A stretch of DNA of 62,180 nucleotides, the filler included. It is 10 parts of 10 records of this genome, joined end to end, with 100 filler letters (N's around TTAATTAATTAA, not from the genome) between each part and the next. Parts side by side here need not be neighbours in the genome. Positions count along the whole stretch, not along the records: positions 18,719 to 24,826 come from SRR15195285_2640; positions 24,927 to 33,937 come from SRR15195285_2642; positions 34,038 to 37,819 come from SRR15195285_2645; 7 more parts are not named here. One strand, given 5' to 3'. A model generated the notes under the pieces. It worked only from the letters and a program-made list of their open reading frames with translations, had not been told where the DNA came from and did not search any database. Positions 23,021 to 34,686 of this stretch are shown here, piece after piece. The position numbers and the translations under genes were made by a program. Numbering within the stretch: position 1 is the stretch's first letter; each line of letters begins with the position of its first letter.

Positions 23021-24826
23021 TTACCAAGACCACGAGACAGGGGTCTGGAAGTCTTCGCCGCCTCCGGACGAGCGCCCTTGGATGACAGCAGCAGCCGAGC
23101 CAGTGCCAGAGTTGGTGACTTGGGCCAAGACGACGGTGCCAGTCGGGCCATCGGCAGGGTTCATCCAGAAGATGGCGCCATTGTCCGTGCTGAACGCGGA
23201 CGAGTCCGTCCACTGGTCGAGGCCAAGGCCTGGCGATGCGGAAATCGCAGCACCGGCAGTACCATCAGTAGGGCCAACGGTCAACCACGAGTCGAACTCG
23301 GCGGCGGAGTTGATAGCGAAGAAGGCCGGGGCGACGCCTCCGATGTCAGTCCCGAAGGGAGCAGCTACCTGGAAGGCGGCAGGGAAGGTCATGGTGGTGT
23401 CTGCAGTGCCAGCCAAAGCGTAGACATTGCTCTGAGTCCCTTCGAGCGTGACGGTCAGTTGCACGGTGGTGCCGCTAGCGCCGGTGCTCACTTGGACAAC
23501 ACCATCGCTGCTGCCACCACCTCCTCCTCCGCCTCCGCCCCCGCTGCTCAAAGCATCGGCACGGACGACCTCGCCTGCAGCTGTGATGCCACGGCTGCAG
23601 TCGGGCATGGTCTCAGCGGTGCCAGCAAGTGCGCATGCGCATGTTCCTTCACCCATATTGCAGTCACCGGCCCCCTCGCAATATGCAAGGTCGGCGCCGC
23701 TGAACGAGCCTCCGCTCAGCGGTGTCACCTGGAAGTTGTCGAATTTGGCCGTGTGAGCATATACAAACAGACCAATCCTTCCCGGTGTGTAGGTGCTGGT
23801 CTTGCCCGTCAGCCGCTGCACTCCCTCCACTTCGCCACTGGTAGAGTGGCGAGACGAGAGGAATGTGACGATGCTGTTTCCATCTCCGTCACAGCATTCG
23901 ACCTTGAGCGCCATGTTCATCACTGTTGATCCACGGTAGGGGACGTAGTTTTGCTTGGCCACAGAAACACCGTCGTCACCGTCGTCTGAGTCAAGCAGGG
24001 AGTACACGTTATTGTCAGCATTCATGGACGGGAGTGCCGCGCCGCTACGTTGACGCAGTTTCATGTGCGGGCCGCCATATCCATCGGCCGGCGGGTTGGG
24101 CCACTGGTCGTTGATCTCCGTAGCGGTAAAATGCTCGTTGATTTCGTGGTAACCGAACAAGAAGCCAAGACCGTCGTTATCATCCGAGTATACTTCGAAT
24201 TCTGCGATGAACTGGTCGTAGTAATCTCCGTTCATCAAGTACGAGCCTGTCAGTTGGTTATCACCAGGGTAGTTGCCCCAGATGTTGGACGCCTCGTAGG
24301 CAGCCCATCCATCATTCGCCAGCGCAGCTCCAGTGTTGTCAATGACATACCAGTTGCCTGGCTCACTGATTGGATCGTCGTCAACAGCTGTCCAGCCGTC
24401 AGGCAACGCTGCCGATCCCGTTTCGAAGTCCTGACGGACGGTATCGTCGCTGTAGGCACCGAAGCAAAAGTCGTAGCTTGGACCGGCTCCACAGCTGTGG
24501 TCAGTGACATCACAGATTGTGCACGTCGTCCACGGGCCCAGGTGCTCGGCTCCTTCGATGGCATCTGCAAACGTTACAGCATCAAGCGTCATGCAGCCGC
24601 ACCAGCCGTCTTCGTTGTACTGCATGGAGGTCGCCTCTGGATGGCAGCCACAAAGGGCTTGGCATTCATCGATGGTGTCAAATTCGCCGAAGTCAACCTC
24701 GACCCAATGGCCATCGTTGTGGCAGGTCTCCGGATGGCAATTGAGGCCGTTGATATCGACTCCCTCGCCGCTGCCACAGAGGCCGCAAGTGTCGCCACAG
24801 AACCATTCGATGGGCTCCTCCGGCCA
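23021..24826 (-). CDS. Extracellular protein, 5' truncated: Cys-rich region, thrombospondin C-terminal/L-lectin-like domain, EGF-like module, Gly linker and an unnamed C-terminal beta domain
   Basis: The frame is open to the contig end. DDNDGLGFLFGY and GRIGLFVY resemble the TSP_C motifs; CEGAGDC...CAC is EGF-like; poly-Gly linker. Confidence 0.7.
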   Translation of the reverse strand, partial: WPEEPIEWFCGDTCGLCGSGEGVDINGLNCHPETCHNDGHWVEVDFGEFDTIDECQALCGCHPEATSMQYNEDGWCGCMTLDAVTFADAIEGAEHLGPWTTCTICDVTDHSCGAGPSYDFCFGAYSDDTVRQDFETGSAALPDGWTAVDDDPISEPGNWYVIDNTGAALANDGWAAYEASNIWGNYPGDNQLTGSYLMNGDYYDQFIAEFEVYSDDNDGLGFLFGYHEINEHFTATEINDQWPNPPADGYGGPHMKLRQRSGAALPSMNADNNVYSLLDSDDGDDGVSVAKQNYVPYRGSTVMNMALKVECCDGDGNSIVTFLSSRHSTSGEVEGVQRLTGKTSTYTPGRIGLFVYAHTAKFDNFQVTPLSGGSFSGADLAYCEGAGDCNMGEGTCACALAGTAETMPDCSRGITAAGEVVRADALSSGGGGGGGGGGSSDGVVQVSTGASGTTVQLTVTLEGTQSNVYALAGTADTTMTFPAAFQVAAPFGTDIGGVAPAFFAINSAAEFDSWLTVGPTDGTAGAAISASPGLGLDQWTDSSAFSTDNGAIFWMNPADGPTGTVVLAQVTNSGTGSAAAVIQGRSSGGGEDFQTPVSWSW

Positions 24827-24926
24827 NNNNNNNNNNNNNNNNNNNNNNNNNNNNNNNNNNNNNNNNNNNNTTAATTAATTAANNNNNNNNNNNNNNNNNN
24901 NNNNNNNNNNNNNNNNNNNNNNNNNN

Positions 24927-27721
24927 TCGACTGAGCGAAGCTTGAACGTGTTAATCTGGCCTCGATTGAAAGCGTCTGACGCTATCTTTGAAGTAAGGTC
25001 ACGCTTGCCGGTGTCTCCATCTTCGCCAAATAGAGTGATGTGGACAGTAGCGTCAGTGCCTCCCTCCGGGTGCCCACCTGTGTGAATGTGGACGGTATAC
25101 AGGGGAGGGTCGTCGTCTTCCAGTTCCGCTGCGGATGGTACATACTTCTCCAGATCCAAGGCCCGTATGAGTCCGGCCAGCTCATCGCGGTCGATGGCGC
25201 CGTTGTTGTTTGAGTCGAATGCCGTGAACTTTTCCTGTGACTGCCTGAGCACGTCGTCGGACAGCGTGGCCTGTCCGTGGTGCTCTTCCTTGTCCTTCGT
25301 CTTCCACCACTTGATGAACTCCATGTAGGATATGGAGTGGTCGTGGTTGCTATCTATCTCTTCGAACAAAGCCCAGCACCGAGCCCTCATCTCATCTTCA
25401 GGGTCGATGTATCTGTCGGGATGGTAGGCGACGCCGTCGATGTGGCGAGCGTCTGCAAACTGAGCCATCATAGCAGCCAGCTTCGAGCCCGAGACCAGGC
25501 TGCCAGTAAATTTATCCTTCCAAAACTTGGCAAACTCAGCAGCCGACACAGAACCGTTTCCATCTGAGTCTAGTTCTTCCATCATCTGAGCCAGCTCTGC
25601 TGGCGTTAGGTTCTTGCCGAGCTGTTTGGCCACTGCGTTTAGTTCGCCCGCGTCCAGACTCCCGCTGTGGTCCTGCGGGAAGTTGCACCAGGGACGTTAG
25701 CACATAATGCAAGCTGCCTTGCTTGGGCTACACGTGGAAACTACTCACTGTATCAAACGCGGCGAACGCGGCCTTGATCTGTGCCTCAAGTTCTTCTTCG
25801 GTGACCTTGTGCGCTGCTTGCTTATTGTGCGATTTTGGCTTGATTTGGTGGTGTACCTCTGACACAATGGTCTGCTTGAGGCTGTCCATCCACTCCTCGC
25901 GCTCCTCCTCCGAGTCAGCTGCGAACATATAGACGACGGGCGTATCGTTGACAAGCGTACGCAGCGCTATCTCGAACGCAAATGTTCCCGCATCCTCCGC
26001 AGCTGCCGAGGGGCTCACGCGTTTGATTTCGGCCAGCTCAATTTTTCCGCTAGACCCTAGAGCGTCTTCGCTCGCTGGGTCAAGCCAGGTGAGCGATTTC
26101 GTCGTCAGCGTCACCTCACGAGCCAGCCAGTCACCGGCTAGCTTTTGCTTTTTCTTTTTCCCGCCAACATTCGGCACCTCTGAGCCAGCGATCGCCCCAA
26201 CGCCAGTTTTGACCATCCCCATGAGCTGTTTTGATTTACTCGTGTTTACTACAAGCTGCGACAAAACGCCCTCGACGATGGCCTCCTCAGCGTCGGAGGC
26301 CACAGCTGCCTTGAGCGCAGCTACGTCCCCAGGCGCCTGCGAAGGAAGCTTTGGGGGACCACCCTGCTTTGCCTCAATCTCCTCCGCCGAGGGCACATAC
26401 TTTTCCAGGTTCAACGCGCGAAGTAGACCTGCTAGCTCATCCCTGTCAATTGTGCCGTTCCCGTTGGTATCGTACTGGCGAAACTTCTCGCGTGTTGACA
26501 TCAGCACCTCATCGCTGATTGAGACGTGCCCATCGTGCGCCTCTTTGTCCTTCCTTTTCCACCAGCTGCGCGCAGTGCAAGCACTCAGTCAGTCAACAGC
26601 CGATGGGGCAACAAACCCACGACCTACTGCTCGTCGGGGCGTACTTGATGAACTCGATGTAGTTTCTGCAGAGGCAGGCAGTGCACGCATCGGTGAGCGT
26701 GCAACACGGCGAAGACGAGCCACGCCAGGCAGCGGGGTGGTGTGGTGGTGGGCAGCAGGCGACTCACATGTGGTGGTCTTGGTTCGCGTCGATCTCTTCA
26801 AAGAGGACCCAGCATCGGGCACGCATCTCGTCGTCTTCGTCCATGTAGCGGTCCGGGTGGTAGGCGACACCCTCGATGTGGTTGGCGTCCGCAAATTGCG
26901 CCATGATGGCGGCCATCTTCTCCCCGTGCACGTACTCACCGCTGAACATCTCATCCCAGTACGCCTGGAAGGCCTCGTAGCCCACCTCCCCGGATTTTGT
27001 CTTGTCCAGGCGGTCCAGCGCCTCGGTCAGCTCCTTCTGCGTAAACGACTTGCCCAGATTCGTCGCGACCTGTACGAACTCCGCGCGGCTGATGGTTCCG
27101 CTCCCATCCTGCGACGCAAGCACAGCCACGGCTGAGCAGACTGACTGGTGCGCACACCACCCCCGAGGCTTGCGGGGGGTAGAAGAGGAGGGGTGGGGCG
27201 GGCGTTGGCGATGGCGATGGCCAGCTGTGCCGTCATCATCCCTTGCGACAGGCTCACACAGAGACCCACAGAGGCAAGAGAGAACTGCACAAGGCGGTTG
27301 TGGGGCGTTCGCCAGAGGGGACTCAAGGAAGTACGCTACCGAGAGACCCGACACCAGGACCAGGCACCGACGAAAGACGGGTACAGCGAGTGAGCGAGAT
27401 GAGGAGGAGGGGAGGGGGGAGGCAAAGGAGGGAGGGACAGATATCCGCAAACAGAGACCCTTGGGGGCAAGCGGGGTGAGGGGGGAGGCGGGGCATGACT
27501 ATCATGTCATGGGTACTTGCGTGACCCTTGCTGCACTTAGACAGACAGAGGGACCGATAGTGGGGCAGACAGAGCGAGCGAGTACGGGCAGAGGGGCGGC
27601 GCCCGAGGACCCTTGTGGGGCAGCGCCTGCGAGACCGACCGCAAGCCCTGCCACCTGTTGCCTCTCTGCGCACCTTATCCAACAGATCGAACGCCCGCCG
27701 CACGTCCGCGGGCGTCGGCAT
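24927..27721 (-). CDS. [4xEF-hand]-PH-[4xEF-hand]-PLAT/LH2 calcium- and membrane-binding protein, 3' truncated
   Basis: Exons 27721-27674, 27108-26768, 26665-26645, 26565-25749 and 25672-24927. EF loops DKDGSGTISRAE, DTNGNGTIDRDE and DSDGNGSVSAAE; PH helix FAADSEEEREEWM; PLAT YTVHIHTG...GGTDATVHITLFGEDGDTG. Confidence 0.85.
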
Positions 27722-27760
27722 ACCGCACCCCTCACTCACCGCCCTCTCCAGTTACACGAA

Positions 27761-28771
27761 CCCAGGGTTTAAACGGGCCGTTACGCCCGTTGCAAGGGGG
27801 GATTGCCCCTTGCCGTCCCCCGTCCCCTATGGGCACAGTGTGTCCCCAACGAATGGAATGAATTCCCTCGGTGACACCTCAGCAAAAAATCCCAATTTCA
27901 CCAACAGCACAGTATACCAGCCTACCGCCGGGCCCTCTGTCAGCGCCAAACTTGACATTTAGTAGAAGGGTTAGTAGAAACAACGGTGAGTAATGAACAG
28001 TATGAAATTCGGCACAGTTGTTTTGTCCAGATTAGATGACATTTGCGAATTTCAGCCAGAATTCCGGCCCTGAGACAACATGGACTGGGTGATTTGTATG
28101 AAGAACTCACCGTGAGTTTTTGCGCTGATGCAACGCCGGTCGGCTGGGTGTACCAGTACGGCCACAGCCTGGGTTGGACCGGTCGCTTGGAACAAGGAGA
28201 ACTCATTGAGAAATACAGTTGGCTCCCGTTGACCACGGCTCGAGTCGCTGCATTTTCCCGAAGATTAAGACTGAATCATTGTGTGGAGTGAATTCTGACC
28301 CAGCCCGTGAAGTATTGGATCCTGGGGGGGTTTCAGCATGGCGCAGTTTTTCCCTTCGAGAGGTTGGGGTCTGAGTGGATTCAGTATGGGGTTCTGACTG
28401 GTTGTGTCTCAGCGAGCTCATCAAGAACTACCGCAGTACATCGGGTTGCACAAGATACATTCACAATGCGCGTTCATTACCGTGGATTACTCATAGAGTG
28501 CAGAATTCCAACTGGGTATTTCCCAGGGATTGTTCGCCTGTCGTCACTCCGAGAGTCCAGCTGGACGCCACCAGTGTCCGCGCCGATACACGCCGGTACC
28601 GTGTGGCTGATCGCTGACGTGTCTGGCGGACCCATGTCTGCGAAGTACATGCGCCGGGTGATACAAATACATGCAATGTAAAGAACGGTGAATGCTATCC
28701 TATAACTAACGTCACCGTATTAATCACTGAAATTGCACAACGGGAAGATTCTCCAGGATCGTACCCCAGGG
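27761..28771. mobile_element. Non-autonomous DNA-transposon-like insertion (1,011 bp) with 9-bp target-site duplication
   Basis: TTACACGAA at 27752-27760 and 28772-28780 directly flanks a segment that begins and ends with CCCAGGG (CCCWGGG near-palindrome). The interior has lower GC, hairpins at the left end and no convincing ORF. Confidence 0.65.
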
Positions 28772-29472
28772 TTACACGAATCGCTGATGGACACGCTGTG
28801 CAATTGTCATTCCGACGCGCATTTTACCTCGCTTGTCAATATGAATTTCTTGACAATCATCGAGGCTCCGTGCAGGGAACTTCCGGCGTGTTGATTTGAC
28901 GCACGCAGGCTGCAAAATTCTGATCCGGCGTGCGTTGACCCGGTGTGCGGTGATCGACGCGACAGGTGTCTGTCTGGAGCACCGCAGATCTCGGGGAGAT
29001 CAGAATCACTCGCGATCATCAGTCTCAGGGGTACTGTACAGTACTATTATCATAGTACTATACTAGTACTAGATCTAGTACCTCTAGCTAGCTAGCTAGA
29101 TACATGTAGAGGTACCGGTAGTACCGTACACTATCAAAATCATGGGGGTTGAATGAGATTGAGAAAGATCACGAACAAAATGAATCGCGTTGATGCGCCG
29201 GGACGATTCTAGTTTTGAGTCAGCACAGGCAACATCGCGAGATCGCGGTGGTCTGCACGACAGCGCTAATCTGGCAGATGCTGCCTCGCGCGGGTCGCCA
29301 CGCGGCTCCCCTTTCGCGCCGCCAGCGCTGGTGGAGGGCGGGACTGCGACGAGAGCGCTCGCGGAAACAATCATTCGCGGTCTGCTGGGGAAACGGTCCG
29401 AAAAAATGGCATCGAAAGCCGCGGCCCGTAGAAGTTGCGGCGTACCCCGCCAAAGAAGTGCCCACGCTTCTG

Positions 29473-32400
29473 TCACGGCGGAAGCAGTGTCTGCGTCCTC
29501 TCGACCCGGTAGCCATCGCCCCCAGATGATGTGCGCATCTTTTGGTAGTCACCATCTGCCCACGTTGGGAGCGTGTTGTCGTACCATTCGCTTAGCGCGT
29601 TGCCCGACTGCCCTGGCGCCGATACGAATAAGCTTTTCCCGCCTGCCGGCTCGTCGAAATCAAGTACCTGGCGATAGATCCCACCGGCACCAACAGAGAA
29701 TTGACTGCCACCCAGCTGCTCTGTGCGGTCACCTATGCACGAGAGGGCGAATTCATCAAGCCCAAGCCCTCTGAAGTCTGCCGCTGCACGCAGCAAGTGA
29801 TGCAACAGCCAGCATCGATCAGCAGTGGCACAGCTTAGTGGGACCGAAGAAAGCAATGATGGAAGGCCATCGGCGGCGTACCGTGCACGTCCACGCCCCA
29901 ATGTTTGCTGCCAGAGCCTAGCGTCGACACTGCTTTTTCGAACGCCTTGGCCGCAGCCGTCGCGCAGGTACTGGCGCTGCCCCCACAGCTTGGATCTCCA
30001 CGCAGGTAAGCTGTGCGCAGGAAGCCCCAGTCATGCCACGATGGCTCCCTGTCCAACACAAACACATAGCGATAGCTGAGCTCTCGGTGTGCAGCCAGTC
30101 GGTCAGGAATCGAATCGAATCGAATCGAGTGAATGAAGTACTACATGATGTGTGCCAACAACGCCAGGAGAAGCCAGTGCAAGAATTACCCTGTCTCTGC
30201 AGCGACTAGCTTTGCGAGTTCGTCTGTCCAGGCTGAAAACATTGCTGCCGGCAAAGATCCAGCATCCTGGTGGCACGCAGTGTGTTAGTCACCGGCCTAG
30301 ACAGCACTCGGACAGGCGCGAGGACGGCGGGCAAATGCTCACCATGGCCAGGTCCCATGCAATCAGCTGTTGAATCCATTTCACACCGTCAGCACTAAGC
30401 GCAGATTGTGGCAGCGTTTCCAACAGGGGCTTCAGATCTCTGGCAAGCTCCGACACGGTGTCGAGCTGGATTGCTTTCATGTCCTCAGGCGAGACCTTCG
30501 CAGAGGCAGAGATCTTATCCGTGATCAGCTGGGTAATCCGCTTTGCACGGTATCCGTTTGACCCACTCGCCCAGTCGTGTGTGATGAGCAGCGGGTAGTT
30601 CGCGGGAGAGACACGGTTGTTCGCAGACACAATGAAGCCTTCAGGTGGGGCAAGCGACCGCGGCAGTTGCTCCGCAGAGATGAAACCAGACCAGGCGTAG
30701 GCGGTCGACGACGTCCCAGGCACTGGCACCTGTCCGGTGTGGGCCGGGTTGGCTCGCGTGGGCACTTTGCCACTCAGAGCGTAGCCGATGTCACCGGTCG
30801 TGCCATCAGCGAACAGAAAATTCTGGCTCGGTGCCACAACGTGTGCGAGAGCTGCACGGAAACCTGTCCAGTCCGAGGCGTTGCCGAGCAATCTGAAAGC
30901 ATTCAGCGTTGTGTCTTGCAGCTCGCTGTCGATTGCACTCCAGCGTAACGCCAACGGTGGGCCTCTGTACTCGGATTTATCCACCACATCGGTGACAACG
31001 GGCCCAAACACCGAGGTGCGAACCGAGAGTTCCACTGAGCGCTGGCCCTTCACCTTGATGGTCTCTTTTCCTGCAAGCAGCATGCGAAAATTGTCAAACA
31101 TCAGTATTCGGGGTCTCATATATGCTCAGGAAAGTGACACAGCGCGCGACAGCTACGTTGCGCTACATCCAACGCACGTGTTTCAAACGCCTTCGTCGAA
31201 CTATCTAGCGTGTAGCCATCTCCGCTCTTCGTGAGAACGTACAGATCCTGAACATCCGAGCCAGCCTGGGTCATTCCCCATCCGATCTTCTGGTTGTGTC
31301 CAACAAAAATGAAGGGGAGCCCAGCAAACGCAGTTCCAATTGCGTTGTACCTGTAGGCAACAATCCCATGGCAAAAGTGAGCCGAGTAGCAGTGGATCAA
31401 GTCTACGGCAGCGATGACAATTTTGCAACAGCATCTGGAACAAAAACGCACGTCGGGCACGCCAAATGCATGAGAAGAGAAGAAGACGGCGCAGTGAATG
31501 CGAGATGCAGGTCATTCGCAAGCAGGGGCTTCCCAGTCGTCGTGAAACGCCCATCTACCACCCAGCCATTTTGCTGCGCATCGCCCGCGCGTAGCCGACG
31601 GCCAAGCACGCCAAAATTGCTTGGGGAGCCTGATGCGGCTACACTGGCAAGGTCCCAATTCTGGTGCATCATCTGCCAAACGTGTGACATCGGTTGCTGT
31701 TCTGATCGCGGTGGGGGCTGTTGCCACGGTGGGCAGCACGCTCCGCCACATTGCGGGCAGTCTGCTGGACGAAGAACCGTTGGGAAGTACGTGCCGCGAT
31801 CAGAGCAGGTAGCGTTTGCGCCGCTGCCAGCGGGACATTCTGAGTTGTACGGCGGGAGCAACTCCAAGATTCTGCCGGGGTTAACCTGCCGTTGGGCTAA
31901 GGCGAAGCGCTGCAGCTCGTCAGGTAGATTGCCACTCAAATCCCATTGCAGGACCTTGAGCCATCCGACCGTATCGGCATCTGTCCACTGCTCCAGCGGG
32001 ACACTGTACAAGAAGTACTCTACCGGCTGCCGGCGTTGGCCCTTGCGAATTGTCTCCAGGTATGCGTTCACACCTTTCGTGTACGCCGAGACCGCGGCCC
32101 GTGTGCCCTGGTCAAGATGACTCAGCATGGCTGCTGCCGCCGCAGGTAAGCCCAGTGTGCGCACGAGCTTGTCAGTCTGCACCGCATCACTCCCTCCTAT
32201 CAGCCCGGCAAGCTGACCCGACGCCAGCTTGCGCTGGTACTCCATCTGCCACAGTCGCAGTTGCGCGGCGACGTAGCCTTGTCCGAAAAACAAGTCCGGC
32301 TCCGACTGAGCGCGCACGTGCACCATGCCATCGCGCTCCTGCACCGCCGGTGTGTGAGCGCATGCCAGCGGATCGCAATGACGGAGCGATGGGCATGGTT

Positions 32401-33192
32401 AGATTTGCACGGGCGCTTGTAGATGGTGGAAGTTGCGTACCCATTCTACCGTGACTTTGTCGGTGATACCGCCGAAGGACAGCGAGGCTGGCTCAGCTGG
32501 ATCGGTGGGCAGTGTTCCCAGATCAACGACCGTTGTCGCCCACAGCAGCAGAGCGAACGCCACAATGTGCCATACGCCCAAGAGCGCGAGCGGGACTGTG
32601 AGCCAGCAGGTCACAGAGCAGCGGGTGCAATTGCTGCCCTCCTCCCCCACGCTCTCCGGCACGCCAAACACCGACGTCGGGTCGGCCTGTCCCCAGAGGG
32701 AGCCGATCAGCCCGTCCGACGGCACGGCCTTGTAATCCGCCGCGAACACCGTGCTGTCGCCAGCGCTGCGGCTGTAGCGCCTGTTGCGCCCGCGCACCTC
32801 TCCCATCCAGGCGCGCGTGCGCTGCGCCGCCATCACAATGCCCACCAGCAGCCCGCTGCCCACCAGCGCCAGGTGCACGACCACCGCGGTGCATTCCGAT
32901 GCCGCCAGCAACACCGACTCGTCCAGCACCTGCTCCGTGCAACACCAGTGTAAAACCCTGCCTGCCTGCCTGCCTCTCTCTCTCTCTCTCTCTATGTCGC
33001 ATCTCTGTCTCTCAGGTGGGGCACCTGCACCCTAACGTTGCGCGGAGTCGGTACCTCGTACACCAGCAAGCCCAGTGCCCCCAGCAAGCCGCACCACAGC
33101 CCCGCGAACTGGCAGGCCTGGCACGCCGGCCACGGCAGCTCCTCGGGCGCCTCGCCGACGTAGGCGTTCACCCCGACGTAACGGTCGTGCAT
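29473..33192 (-). CDS. Membrane-anchored penicillin acylase / AHL-acylase-like Ntn-hydrolase homologue (peptidase S45), multi-exon
   Basis: DGMVHVRAQSEPDLFFGQGYVAAQLRLWQME; GKPLLANDLHL; GHNQKIGWGMT; RTSVFGPVV; QNFLFAD...GDIGY; GYRAKRI; YRQVLDF...APGQSGN. Introns include 32930-33054 and 32339-32440; downstream intron edges are less certain. Three N-terminal hydrophobic segments. Confidence 0.85.
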
Positions 33193-33229
33193 CGCGGGCG
33201 ACCACTCTGATGTTTGAATATGGGGCGAC

Positions 33230-33937
33230 CAATCCGCCCCCAGTCAATAGTATGGGGGAGAGCGAGTTGGTCAGAACCAGAGGGTTTTCAGTAGTGAAAG
33301 TTGACGAAAACTGAGCCGAAATTTAGGTGGTCAGAGGTGCCCGGTATTTCTCAGTGAGTTCTCAATACTGTCAGGTCCCGATTCTTGATCAGTGATTCCG
33401 ACACGCGTTTGAACGTGCACACAACAGAATCGTACTATTTTCCAATACACTATACAGACTGCATTGAACAGAAAAGTACATGTACCCCGGCGCTCCTTCC
33501 CATCCGGTACCCAGGTAAACACTGAACAAAACACCATAGGACACCTCTCGATCACCTGGGAAACAGGATCCATACTGTATGATGGGCTGGGTCAGACAGA
33601 ATTCAGTCGACAGACGGAGTCAGAATTCCAACAATTCCAATGGTGATCCGTCGGGAAAATGCAGCGACTCGAGGTGGTCACTGGGAGTCAACTGTATTTT
33701 TCAGTGAGCTCTCCAAATTCCAAGCCGGAGAATCCAATCCAACCCAGCCTGTGCCTTTTCCCACTCCATCAGTCTCGAACTCCTGAACCGAAGGCTACTT
33801 GAATTAATAGCCATTTCCGTATTTCCGGATTTCGGGAGAGGGCAGATGTTCGCGATCGCAAAACAAAATGACGCAGATGGCGCGAATGCCGAAAGCGAAA
33901 CAACCTTTCAATCTCGTAATTATTTACGGAACGTGGC
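33230..33937. repeat. Low-GC non-coding segment containing a dispersed-repeat core (probable transposon remnant)
   Basis: GGGCTGGGTCAG(ACAG)AATTCA-TC-ACAGACGGAGT at ~33583-33620 matches the reverse complement of 34038-34068 and of ~28281-28306. Confidence 0.5.
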
Positions 33938-34112
33938 NNNNNNNNNNNNNNNNNNNNNNNNNNNNNNNNNNNNNNNNNNNNTTAATTAATTAANNNNNNN
34001 NNNNNNNNNNNNNNNNNNNNNNNNNNNNNNNNNNNNNACTCCGTCTGTGGATTGAATTCTGACCCAGGGAGGGGGCCCGTGACCAACAGCGTGAACTGAG
34101 CCGTTTTCCCGG

Positions 34113-34290
34113 ACAGACGCCCAAGTTCAAACTCGTACTTATTTTTGGAAGGTGGCTCTATTTTCACAAATACATTTACATTGATTAATGCAAGATTATC
34201 CCACAGACGCCCAAGTACAATCTCGTATTCATGTATGGAAGGTGGGTAATTTTATATATATGAATTCACAGTGATTAATGCAGAATTGTA
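34113..34290. repeat. Two-copy imperfect 90-bp AT-rich tandem repeat
   Basis: ACAGACGCCCAAGT.CAA.CTCGTA...TGGAAGGTGG...TGATTAATGCA starts at both 34113 and 34203. Confidence 0.85.
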
Positions 34291-34686
34291 ATACGGCGAC
34301 GGTTGGCGTGACGCCGCGCGTGCACACACGGACACTGTGGAGGACGGCCTCATCAAGACCGATACGCTGCAGTTTGACGGCGCAGAGAGAACAGGACGGG
34401 CTGACTGGCGGCGGTGGCGCGTGAAGACCGACCGGATTGGAGGGAGCACCGTGCCGTACGGGCGCTGTGGAGCCTCAGGCACTGCAATTTGACGGAGCAG
34501 AGACTGTAGGACGGGCTGACTGGCGGTGGGCGGGATCGGACCAGCGCACGTGTATGTGCGGATGGTTTAGCGAGGTTGGGGCGTGATCGGCTTTTGCTGC
34601 GAGGGAGCGAACGAGCTCACTGAGCGTGGCTCTCGCTGGGAGGTGGTCGTCGAGGAAGAGAGAGGCAGAGGGGCGGGTGGTTAAGC

